Shown here: positions 53,449 to 63,020 of the stretch, piece by piece
Numbering within the stretch: the first letter of the stretch is position 1
Layout: the number at the start of each line of letters is the position of its first letter
IMG/VR virus record: IMGVR_UViG_3300005077_000017
Source of the DNA: a virus
DNA length: 64,000 bases
Reading direction: 5' to 3' (one strand)
Position numbers and translations under genes: made by a program
Notes under the pieces: generated by a model
Seen by the model: only the letters and a program-made list of their open reading frames with translations
The model's database searches: none
Told to the model about the DNA's origin: nothing

Positions 53449-54282
53449 ATGAAAATACTGTATGTTACTGATTTACACGGGCATGTTATGAAATATGAGA
53501 AAGCTTTAGAAGTTGCTAAAGAGCACAATGTGCATATGATTATTAATGGAGGAGACTTTAATTCTTCAACAGGTAATTTATTTGAGACACAAGATTGTTT
53601 CATTAATGATTTTTTAGATGAGTATTTTCAAAGACTAGGAAAAATATATTACATACTTTGTCCTGGTAACGATGACTTGGGCTGCTATGATGAATTAGCC
53701 GAAGATATTTGTAATAAATATGATAATGTTTCCTATTTAAAAAGAGGAGCTTTATATGAGTCAGGTTACTTTTTTATAAATTTTGATTTAGTACCAGATT
53801 ATATGTTTGGATTGAAAGATAGAGTTAGAAGAGAAGAAAAGGATAATGCTCTTATGTATACTTCTCAGGGGCTTATTAGTACTCCTGATAAAAAATATAA
53901 AAAGATATGGAATTGGCATGCAGAATGTCAAAAAATACCTTCTATAGATGAGGAATTACAAAAGTTAGCTAAGGTTATTAATTATAAGAAAGCTATTTTT
54001 ATTTCACATTGCCCGCCCGCCGGAGTAGGATTAGATTTGGTGCCTAATGGTTATGGGGGATCGAAAGCCATCGCAGAATATATATTGAATAAGCAGCCTT
54101 TACTATCCCTGCACGGACATTTCCACGAAAGTCCTAACATTAGTAACAAAATACATAATTACATAAACAAAACACTATGTATACAACCAGGACAAATTAA
54201 ATACAGATTAATAGGTGTAATTATTAATATTGAAGAGTCTGGTAAAATAGAGCATACAAAATATAATTGGAACATATTTTAA
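53449..54282 (+). CDS. calcineurin-like (Icc-related) metallophosphoesterase
   Basis: VTDLHG, GGD, PGNDD, SHCPP, GHFHE. Confidence 0.88.
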   Translation: MKILYVTDLHGHVMKYEKALEVAKEHNVHMIINGGDFNSSTGNLFETQDCFINDFLDEYFQRLGKIYYILCPGNDDLGCYDELAEDICNKYDNVSYLKRGALYESGYFFINFDLVPDYMFGLKDRVRREEKDNALMYTSQGLISTPDKKYKKIWNWHAECQKIPSIDEELQKLAKVINYKKAIFISHCPPAGVGLDLVPNGYGGSKAIAEYILNKQPLLSLHGHFHESPNISNKIHNYINKTLCIQPGQIKYRLIGVIINIEESGKIEHTKYNWNIF

Positions 54283-54496
54283 ATGTACACCTTATTAGGG
54301 ATATGGGCTTTAACAGCTATCGCTTCGTGTATTATGATGTACTATCATAACAAATTAATATATGAAGTTTTTAAAATAAATAAAACAAAAGAAAATAGTA
54401 TACTAGATTATGCGGGTGCTATTTATGCAGCTCCAGTTATAATGTGGATGCTAATATACATTACATTATATGATTTGAAATTGAGGAGGAATCGTA

Positions 54497-54571
54497 GTGA
54501 CACTTCAAGAAACATATAAAGAAAGAGGTGCAGAGTTACTTGGTGTTCCAACTAAAGAGTTAAGTTACTAA
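54497..54571 (+). pseudogene. 24-codon relic of the original RNA ligase N-terminus
   Basis: GTG 7 nt after GAGGAGG; MTLQETYKERGAELLGVPTKELSY* aligns with MEEYLKRGSQLLDIQEKELSY at 55562 (11 of 21 identical). Confidence 0.75.
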
Positions 54572-54599
54572 AGGTGCTATATACAACAATAATTAAGTA

Positions 54600-54646
54600 A
54601 CCTTCTAAGTGTACCTATAAATAGACGGAACATACACTCAGGAGGT
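54600..54646 (+). promoter_or_regulatory. RBS-sequestering hairpin with TATAAATA in the loop
   Basis: ACCTTCT-A-AGTGTA pairs with TACACT-C-AGGAGGT (one G-U, one mismatch); TATAAATA at 54616-54623. Confidence 0.7.
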
Positions 54647-54648
54647 GA

Positions 54649-55560
54649 ATGATGGATAATAATAAATTACTACTATTCTATATTGCTGGATTTATAGACG
54701 CAGAAGGATGTTTCACAACCCATATGGTTGGTGGAGGAAACCCTAGAAGTAATAAAAAATATTTAAGAGCAGAATTAGCAATTACCCATGGAGAATATGA
54801 AATATTGTTTATGATAAAGAATATTTTTGGTGGTAATATTTATAAAAAGAAAAAAATGAATACAAATCATAAAGATTTGTGGCATTATTCTTTAACAGGG
54901 TATGGGCTAATAGGTTTTATTAATAAAATGTTAAGTTTATTGAAAGGAAAAAAAGGGCAAGCAGCATTATCTTTATCTATATTAAAAACTAAAAGAACCT
55001 TAACAACCCATGATGGGTCTACGCTAGATAAAAAAATTATAATTAGAAGAGAAAAATTGGCTAAAAAAATGAAAGAATTAAAGATAAAAAATTATTCAAT
55101 GAGAAATGATGTAGATTATAACACAATAAAATCAGGGGATATTAGTTTGGAAGACTTTGCATATTTAGCAGGATTTATAGACGGAGATGGCTTCTTAGGG
55201 CAAATTAGAAGTAAAAAAAATTCGATCTTATGTAATTTAAGATTGTACAACACTAATTTAAAACTATTAATACAATTACAAAAACTTATTGGCGGTAAAA
55301 TCAAAAAATCAAGAAATAAAGGAGAAGGTAATAGCATAACAACACCATATACTCTATATTTAAATGCTAAAGATTCCAAATACATCCTAACTAAATTATT
55401 TCCTTTCCTAATTATAAAAAGAAAAGAAGCATTATTGTTTTTAGAATATATAAATTATGATTTTTCTCAACAAAAAAATAGAGAACTATTAATAAATGAA
55501 TTGAAAATAGAAAGACACAAAGAAAATAGAGTAAGAAAAATAGAAAGGTATCCACATTAA
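54649..55560 (+). mobile_element. free-standing two-motif LAGLIDADG homing endonuclease
   Basis: YIAGFIDAEG and YLAGFIDGDG; two similar halves. Confidence 0.9.
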
Positions 55561-55561
55561 A

Positions 55562-56755
55562 ATGGAAGAATATCTCAAACGAGGAAGTCAATTATTAGAT
55601 ATACAAGAAAAAGAATTAAGTTATTTTGAGAGAATTGATTATTTCAATGAAAGAGAACATCCAGAATTTGGAAAATATAAAGGTGATAATTCTCCAGATT
55701 ATTATAAATATAATGTAATAAGAGGAGTTATAAGCAGAAGGGCCGATCATAGGTATGGAGCATTAGTCATATTTGAAATAAATGAGGATTTTTGTGAAAA
55801 CATCATATGGTGTACCCCAAAACTAAAATATCCTTGGAATAAAGCTGGAGAATTTAATTGGCCTGTAATAAATCAATTGGAAGTTTGGTCTAAGATTGAT
55901 GGCACTAACATTCTTTCATTTCATTACTGGTACAAAGGTAAGAAATACACCACTTACAAAACCAGATTAAGCCCAATATTAGCAAATTCACAGTTTGGTT
56001 TATTTAAAAGTATGTGGGAAGAATACCTATCTGAAAACTCTTGGGTTAAAGAAGTAATTGAAGCAAATCCAAACTATAATTTATCTTTTGAAATGTATGG
56101 TTCACGTAATCCAATTACGGTGCAGTACGATGTTCCCCTTGAAGCTGCATTGTTGTTTGGAGTTCGAAAAGAAGATGGAGCTATTAGACCACCTTCACAA
56201 CTGAATATTGATGGAGCCAAGGTTGCATATAATTTTGTTGTAGACCCCAATAATCCTACTGAAGCTTACAATGGACAAAGAGCAGAAATGTCGGAAAGAA
56301 ATAATGGTGAGTTAAAAGAAGAAGGTATGGTGTTTTATGTTCATACTGGGCAACCTTCATGGGAAATGTTCAAATGTAAGCCTGAAGAGATTGAGAGTAT
56401 ACATTGGGCGGCTAGTGGATTTATCCCAAAGAATGCATTGTGGACCACGTTACTTAATGCTTTTGAAGAACAAGAAGAACCTACCAAAGAATATGTACGC
56501 GAACTTCTTCTAGAGGAATTCACAGACCAACAAATTCAAAAATCTATTCCAAGAATTAAGAAGTTATACTACCAAGCAAAGAATCATATTGAAATAACTA
56601 AATCTATTAATGAAGTATGGCTCAAAGCAAAAGCAGAAGGATTTGATGTGACTGTAGATAAAGCAGCAACATTCAGATTTATGTCTCAGTTTTTCAAAAA
56701 GGACCAAATGAAAAAGGTAGCTTCAATTATATTAAAACAGGCAGGGCTGCTATGA
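55562..56755 (+). CDS. RNA ligase-like nucleotidyltransferase
   Basis: TPKLKYP, SKIDGTNI, SFEMYG, EGMV, MFKCK correspond to ligase motifs I, III, IV, V. Confidence 0.75.
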   Translation: MEEYLKRGSQLLDIQEKELSYFERIDYFNEREHPEFGKYKGDNSPDYYKYNVIRGVISRRADHRYGALVIFEINEDFCENIIWCTPKLKYPWNKAGEFNWPVINQLEVWSKIDGTNILSFHYWYKGKKYTTYKTRLSPILANSQFGLFKSMWEEYLSENSWVKEVIEANPNYNLSFEMYGSRNPITVQYDVPLEAALLFGVRKEDGAIRPPSQLNIDGAKVAYNFVVDPNNPTEAYNGQRAEMSERNNGELKEEGMVFYVHTGQPSWEMFKCKPEEIESIHWAASGFIPKNALWTTLLNAFEEQEEPTKEYVRELLLEEFTDQQIQKSIPRIKKLYYQAKNHIEITKSINEVWLKAKAEGFDVTVDKAATFRFMSQFFKKDQMKKVASIILKQAGLL

Positions 56756-57371
56756 ATTGCAAGGATTGGACTGCAAAATCAAAAGGAAAGATTAGTATTG
56801 AAGCTATACTTTTTATAGGGTTTTTGGTATCTTTTGTATTTTCGGTGATTATTGCTATAGATGAAAAAAGTAAAGAAGTCCAGGCTATACGTGAAGAATC
56901 ACGCACAAGTCCTAAATTATACATTGATGCCTTTGAAGGACAACATAAACTACAGAAGATGAGAGCAGATAAAGAAACACAAGCTCATATACAAGGATCT
57001 TTCGGATTCGTTTTGTTTGGAGGAGGAGGAGGAATTCGTGGTGAAATGAGTAATGAAATTTATGTGTACTTCTCTTGGGAATATAAGGACCCTTCAGTTG
57101 GCAGCATCTTTATATTAGATAAAATGAAATATAGAGACATTTTAGTAAAATTTGAGGATATAGACACCCCTACAATTGAATTCAACCATAAACCATTTGT
57201 CTATATATATATAAGAATCCCCCAATACTGTACTATGATAAAGTGTATGTACAAAGATATAAAGACGATCCTTTAAAATTTATTGAAGAACATAGAACTA
57301 CAGCAATAATTAGATGCAAACCAGAACATTGGCCTCGAAGTGTACAGCTTCCTCTACAAGGAAACCAATGA
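56752..57371 (+). CDS. membrane-anchored protein apparently frameshifted at a (TA)6 tract (as sequenced it stops at 57276)
   Basis: N-terminal TM, FGGGGG; removing one TA joins a frame open from 57192 to TGA 57369-71, which overlaps the next ATG. Confidence 0.6.
57202..57213 (+). repeat. (TA)6 microsatellite inside a CDS
   Basis: GTC-TATATATATATA-AGAATC. Confidence 0.85.
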
Positions 57372-57544
57372 ACGATGACGTACGTTTACCATACTCTTTT
57401 GATTTATTGCTTGATATTAAAACTATGGAAGAACTTGAACGTGAGTATAATTATTTAAAAGATAGACTGGACACAATGAAACGATTAATGAAACAAAATA
57501 GTATAAGGTTAAGTAAACGAAGGTATCAAAGGAAACCAGAATGA
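57368..57544 (+). CDS. small coiled-coil hypothetical protein
   Basis: Start moved to the ATGA overlap at 57368 (MNDDVRLPYS). Confidence 0.55.
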   Translation: MNDDVRLPYSFDLLLDIKTMEELEREYNYLKDRLDTMKRLMKQNSIRLSKRRYQRKPE

Positions 57545-58965
57545 ATATACAGAACGTAAGAATGGGCTTCAATACTAGTAGTTCGTCTGATCATTCATTT
57601 GTACTAAATCCCACTGTAACCATAGACCCACCAGATAATGACTATTTTGGATGGGAAGATTTTACTTTAAAAAGTAAACAAAGTAAAGAATACTATTTTG
57701 CTACTTTATTGCTACTAAACTTAACTAATAAAATGAGTCACGAATATGCAACTTACATTGTTAATGGTTTGTTTAATAAAAAAATTATAGATGTGAATGA
57801 TTTACCAGGAATTGACCATGGCAGTGTGTACACTTTTCCTACCATTAAACCTTTTTGGGAAGATATTGATGAAGTAAATATAGATTTTTTCAATGAGTTT
57901 AAAGATTACATAGTAAATAATGAAAATTTAGTAATTTGTGGAGGAAGTGATAATGGGGATTCAGTAAACTACGGTGGAGAAAAAGATCCAAGACTCTCAC
58001 CATTAGAATATTTTTTAAAAGACCGCTCCGGACCTTTCGTAGCAAGAAAGGATGGAGAGTTTTGGGTGTTATTTAATAAAAGAAATGGAACTAAAATAAG
58101 AATGTCTTTTTCTTCGGATGAGAATTATACCCAATCTAGTTATCCAGAGAGTGCAGACATTAAGATCACAGATTTTTGTCCATTTGCTTGTGATTTTTGT
58201 TATCAAGATTCTTCCTTAGAGGGTGCATTTGCTCACCCTAAAAATATACAATCAATATCACAAACATTGCACAAGTTAGGAGTTTTTGAAGTAGCATTGG
58301 GCGGAGGAGAACCTACAACTCATCCGTTCTTAGATAAAATAATAAATATGTTTTATGAAAAAGACATATGTACAAATCTAACCACTCGCAGCATCAAATG
58401 GATTACAGATACTAGCATATCTACAATAATTCTAGAGAAAACATCTGGTTTAGCGTTTTCTGTAGGTAGTAATTATATGGATACTTTTAATCTAAAAGAA
58501 CTAAGTAACTGGTTAACTATTAACAAATATAAAGGAGAATTATCAGCACACTACATACTAGGATTAGTAAATACTGGTAGACTAATTGGTGATATAAAAA
58601 GTATGTCCAAGCACGTCAATAGGATTACACTACTTGGTGGAAAAAATACTGGGCGGGCTAAAGAAATAAAGTATCAAAAAGTTAATATAGAGAAGGTAAT
58701 AAAACATTGTCAAGAAGAAGGTATTAGTTTAGGTATGGATACAAAAGCAATACAAGATTATAAAGAAGACTTAGATAGACTAGAAATTCCTGAAATTCTA
58801 AGAACATCAGAAGAAGGAAAGTTTAGTTTGTATATAGACGCAGTAGAAAGTTTTATTGCTAGAGATTCATATAGTAAAGAAGCTACTGCTGTTAACTTTA
58901 ATTATGAGCGGGGAGAAAATGAGCATAATTTAGAAAATGTAATCAAATCTAATTTTCCATTTTAG
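57541..58965 (+). CDS. radical SAM protein with an extra N-terminal domain
   Basis: CPFACDFC, EVALGGGEP, NLTT; N-terminal RMGFNTSSSSDHS. Confidence 0.88.
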   Translation: MNIQNVRMGFNTSSSSDHSFVLNPTVTIDPPDNDYFGWEDFTLKSKQSKEYYFATLLLLNLTNKMSHEYATYIVNGLFNKKIIDVNDLPGIDHGSVYTFPTIKPFWEDIDEVNIDFFNEFKDYIVNNENLVICGGSDNGDSVNYGGEKDPRLSPLEYFLKDRSGPFVARKDGEFWVLFNKRNGTKIRMSFSSDENYTQSSYPESADIKITDFCPFACDFCYQDSSLEGAFAHPKNIQSISQTLHKLGVFEVALGGGEPTTHPFLDKIINMFYEKDICTNLTTRSIKWITDTSISTIILEKTSGLAFSVGSNYMDTFNLKELSNWLTINKYKGELSAHYILGLVNTGRLIGDIKSMSKHVNRITLLGGKNTGRAKEIKYQKVNIEKVIKHCQEEGISLGMDTKAIQDYKEDLDRLEIPEILRTSEEGKFSLYIDAVESFIARDSYSKEATAVNFNYERGENEHNLENVIKSNFPF

Positions 58966-59160
58966 GAGGAGAACTATGAGGGTAGAATGGTACTCAATAA
59001 TAATTGAAGATTGCACACCAGAAGATTATGAAAAATTACAATCTTTATTTGAGCATACAGAAGAAATTGAAATAACCCATGCTTATTATCCTATGCAAGT
59101 ATTAATAAGAACAAGAGATTATTTACTACTTCCAAGTATTGTACAAAAGATAGAAGAAGA

Positions 59161-59886
59161 ATGCTAAAAAAAATAACGTTTGAAAATCTTCCTGGATTTG
59201 TTTCTCCTGTTACAGTAGAGTTTGGAAAATTAACTTTAATCACTGGTTCTTCTACAAGCGGTAAGAGTTTTTTGTTACGGTTAATGGCAAGTTTATTAAA
59301 TAATCATGGAAATATACCGGATTATTATTACAAGTTATTTAATAAAGAAAGAATATTGTTTAAAGCCACAATAGATGATACTGAATATGCATTGGAATGT
59401 AAACATACTACAATGAAAACCACTGGAAAAAACTACATTGATATAATAAGCACAATTAATAAAAATTGTTTTATAAACGTAGGACTGTACGAAGAAGGTT
59501 TTACTGATTTTTATGAAGGATATCCTTTCGTTATGTTACAGCACCCATACGCAACTAAAGACGTAAATTATATTGCTGATAAAGGAAGAAATCTATATAA
59601 GCACTTAGATAAGACTCAATTAGTAATTGAAACTAATCATCCTAGATTGTTGGATGGGATAAGACTTAGTATAATTGATAATAATATTAATCCAGAAGAT
59701 TTTATAATAAATCACATCTCAACAGATACTCTTAATAAAAGAGATGTGGAACAAGTAGTAGCTAATGAATACGGTAAATTAAAATATTGGCCCAGAGATT
59801 TATTTAATGAATTAGATATATTTTCAAGTTTGTGTTTTGATGCATTGGATAAAAGAAAGAAAAAAAACAATGCCAAACAATCTTGA
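59161..59886 (+). CDS. short degenerate ABC/AAA ATPase with DUF3696-like C-terminus
   Basis: LTLITGSSTSGKS Walker A; LVIETNH...LDGIRL; G.L.YWP.D.F; Walker B acidic residues absent. Confidence 0.6.
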   Translation: MLKKITFENLPGFVSPVTVEFGKLTLITGSSTSGKSFLLRLMASLLNNHGNIPDYYYKLFNKERILFKATIDDTEYALECKHTTMKTTGKNYIDIISTINKNCFINVGLYEEGFTDFYEGYPFVMLQHPYATKDVNYIADKGRNLYKHLDKTQLVIETNHPRLLDGIRLSIIDNNINPEDFIINHISTDTLNKRDVEQVVANEYGKLKYWPRDLFNELDIFSSLCFDALDKRKKKNNAKQS

Positions 59887-61834
59887 CCAAAAATACAATT
59901 TATATCTTGGTATAGATGGGCTAGACTTAATAAAATTAAAATTTAAAGAATTATCTGTATTTATAGAAGAAAAGCACGCCTCCCGAGAAAATGATTGCAG
60001 GAGGCAACTAATAGGTAATCCAGATTGTCAGTACCAGCAAGCTTTAGAAGATGTAGAGTCTAAATTAATAGAGTTATTTGGAGATTTATACGATGTCTAA
60101 CTATACTTTTGATTATGAAAAACCAGATTGGTGGGATTTTGTTGATGTAATGAATGAATTAGTATTAGATGACGACATACCAGACAAAGAAGACCAAGAA
60201 GCTGAGGAGAATTAGAATGGAGCTTATTACTAGGGAAGCATGGGAAGAAGGAAGAATACCCGAATCAATTAAACTTAGTGAAAATATACGAGATCTAGTA
60301 GATAGATTGAATGATGGACTTCAAAGAGATCCCAAGGGGGATTGCTTCCTTGTTAGAGGAATAGAGGTTGATCTTGATGGGGTATTTGATGATTTACCCA
60401 CTGAAGATGAGCAAGCAAAATTAGCAAACATTATTAGAAAAGCAGGGTGGGATTCAATTTCATTCGTACTGTATTCTGATGGTGCTGTTTCAGCTATATT
60501 GGGTATAGATAGTCAGGAACTGTACACCACCACTGATGATAAAAGTCTAACAAAAATTGTTAAAGACTTTCTAAAGAAATAATGAGGGATATGAATGCGC
60601 CCGTGTAAACCGCCCACAGACGAAGAAGTTAAGTGCAGTAAACAATTATCTAGAATTTTAAAGTTTTTAGAAACTATTCATTATGTAAACAAAGAAGATA
60701 GGAAAATAGTAGAAAAAATATATAAATTAATCTTTAATACCGAAGAAATAAGTTCAGAATGAAGAAAAAAATAAGATATTCATAGGGGAATCATTACAAA
60801 TACGAATAGGTGAAATTATACCTGAAGATTCCATATTTTTTAATGGTTCTATTGAACAATTTATTGACTTTATGAAAAGAATGAAGAAAAAATACGGGCA
60901 TTTATATAAATAAATGTAAGGAGGATATGCTATGTGTGAGGAAAATAAGAATCTTATAAAGCGACATAGATTTATTTTAAACGACAAAGAATGTGGTATA
61001 GAACAAGTTCCAATTATGATTAATACCAAGTTCTATAGAGATGAAATAGATGAGCACCATGTATATTTTTTTCAAGAATTAGAAATAGGCGATTCTACTT
61101 TTCCAGTTACAATGTTTTTACAAAGTTATTTACGCCCAGAAATACTTAGAAAACTAGCAGATGAGATAGAAAAAGAAATAGAGGAAATTAATGGAAATAT
61201 TAGTTAATGTTTTTCCTACTCGTGGGTATCCTTTAGAAGATGAAAATGGAATGAAGTGGGTACATTTTGAAAATGGTTTATGCACAACTACTTACTTAGG
61301 GCATGTAATACAAGGGTACATAAGAGTAGACAATAAAATTAGTATTACTGAACCTGATAGTATTTATGATTACTGCACAGCAATAAGATAGGAGGTAGGG
61401 TGAGCCAATTAACATCCCAACACATAGAAGATGTAATACTCACAGGAGATACTATAGTTAAATTAAATCTTATAGGAGATCGTGTATGGCAAGTATTGGA
61501 GACTTCTTTTAGGGAACTTGAAGGAGAATGGTTTTTTGATAACGAAAAAGAAGCTATAGAAAAATATAGTGAAAGGGTATATGAAATAATAAAATTGGAT
61601 GAAGAACCGTTTTGGAGGAAAGAATAAATGGAACTAACTATGGAATCAATTAAAATTAAAAATTATTTTGATAATCAATTCATAATATTTGCTAAATTAG
61701 GCCGGTACTACGTGGTACTTACTGACGAAGAAAGCTGGTATTACACTACTAAACGAGAATCAGAATTTAAATACAACGAAATAGAAAGAGAATACGATGA
61801 TTATTGGAAAGAAGAATTAGAAGAGTTAGAATGA
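59870..61834 (+). CDS. run of small hypothetical genes (59870 to 61834)
   Basis: Coupled + strand ORFs; several ORF-track starts are too far upstream. Confidence 0.55.
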
Positions 61835-62379
61835 GACTTTGGTCCATACACCCTAAATATTTAGATCGTATGGGGTTATTAGGCTTGTGGCGCGAAGCGG
61901 TACTTGCCAAAAGATTATTGTTTGATGAACCTGTAGGTCCTAAAGCTAAACATTATTTAAAACATCCACAAATGATTAGATTCCAACGAGAACCTAAAGA
62001 AAAAATATTATCTTATTTGTATCAAATTTATTTAGAAGGGTATTCTCGTGGTTATAAATTTCAGAAACAATTATTATTCCCTGCTTTTTTTGAATCCTTT
62101 AATGAAGCAATCGAATATGAATATTCAGATGCAGATAGGATACCAGTAACAGTAGGACAAATATTTTTTGAATATAATTTATTACGAGAGAGGGTTTGGG
62201 ATAGAAATTTAGGGTGGTACTTAACTAACCTATGTAAATATGAAGACAGAAAAGTTAATCCTATCTTTAAAGTTATTGAAGGCCCAAAAGAAAATTGGGA
62301 AAAGAGCCAAGTGTCAATTGAATGGCAACAAAACCAGAACATTGAAAGAAAGATCAGGATAGGAGGTGGAATAACGTAG
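61831..62379 (+). CDS. pyrimidine dimer DNA glycosylase / endonuclease V family protein
   Basis: MRLWSIHPKYLD..GL.GLWRE..LA...Y.KHPQ..RF; start at ATGA overlap 61831. Confidence 0.85.
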   Translation: MRLWSIHPKYLDRMGLLGLWREAVLAKRLLFDEPVGPKAKHYLKHPQMIRFQREPKEKILSYLYQIYLEGYSRGYKFQKQLLFPAFFESFNEAIEYEYSDADRIPVTVGQIFFEYNLLRERVWDRNLGWYLTNLCKYEDRKVNPIFKVIEGPKENWEKSQVSIEWQQNQNIERKIRIGGGIT

Positions 62380-63018
62380 ATGGAACTAACTAAGGAAATA
62401 ATTTTAAGTATTGAAGAAATAGAATATATGGAAAATCTGTGGAAAACACATAAGGACCCACATCACAATAATTATAGATACGAAGGGTATAAAATAGTAA
62501 CAGATAAACAAGTGATATACTTATTAATTGATAGCGATCAACAATGTAGTGAACATTGGGGGTATATCTCATCAGAAGATACGTTTTCAAAATTTATTGG
62601 GGCAGAATTGAAAGATATTTCCATTATAGATGAAGAATTAATGACAAAGAAGTTAGACAAACAAATGAAAAAAGATCTTGGGGCAGATAGTATGTATGAC
62701 GGAGACGCTATTTTTATTAATTTAGATACGAACAATGGCAAGCTACAGTTTGCATTATATAATGAACATAATGGGTATTATGGGCACAATGTTAAAGTAA
62801 TAAGCAATCAGATAAAACGATATAATAATGAACATAGAATGAGCAAGAAAAAAGAATTAGAGACAAAAAGATTCCATCTTAATTATATGAAAAAACATTT
62901 AGAAGATATGAATAAAATTAATGATTTTGATTTCGCTCATGAGCTTACATTAGAAAGTATTAAAGGTTATATACAAACATTAGAAGAAGAAATAAAAGAA
63001 CTTGAAAAAGAGGAATAG
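62380..63018 (+). CDS. conserved-looking phage hypothetical protein
   Basis: QQCSEHWGY and YNEHNGYYGH motifs; GGAGG upstream. Confidence 0.7.
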   Translation: MELTKEIILSIEEIEYMENLWKTHKDPHHNNYRYEGYKIVTDKQVIYLLIDSDQQCSEHWGYISSEDTFSKFIGAELKDISIIDEELMTKKLDKQMKKDLGADSMYDGDAIFINLDTNNGKLQFALYNEHNGYYGHNVKVISNQIKRYNNEHRMSKKKELETKRFHLNYMKKHLEDMNKINDFDFAHELTLESIKGYIQTLEEEIKELEKEE

Positions 63019-63020
63019 AT

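Noticed and set aside
54569-55624. Group I intron interpretation of the endonuclease insertion
   Set aside because: Only about 77 nt before and 1 nt after the endonuclease ORF, no P7-like core seen, no in-frame U/G splice junctions, and the downstream gene has its own ATG and duplicate N-terminus
60905-60912. Other TATAAATA matches as late promoters
   Set aside because: The 8-mer is expected often by chance at this AT content; only the copy in the hairpin loop has supporting context
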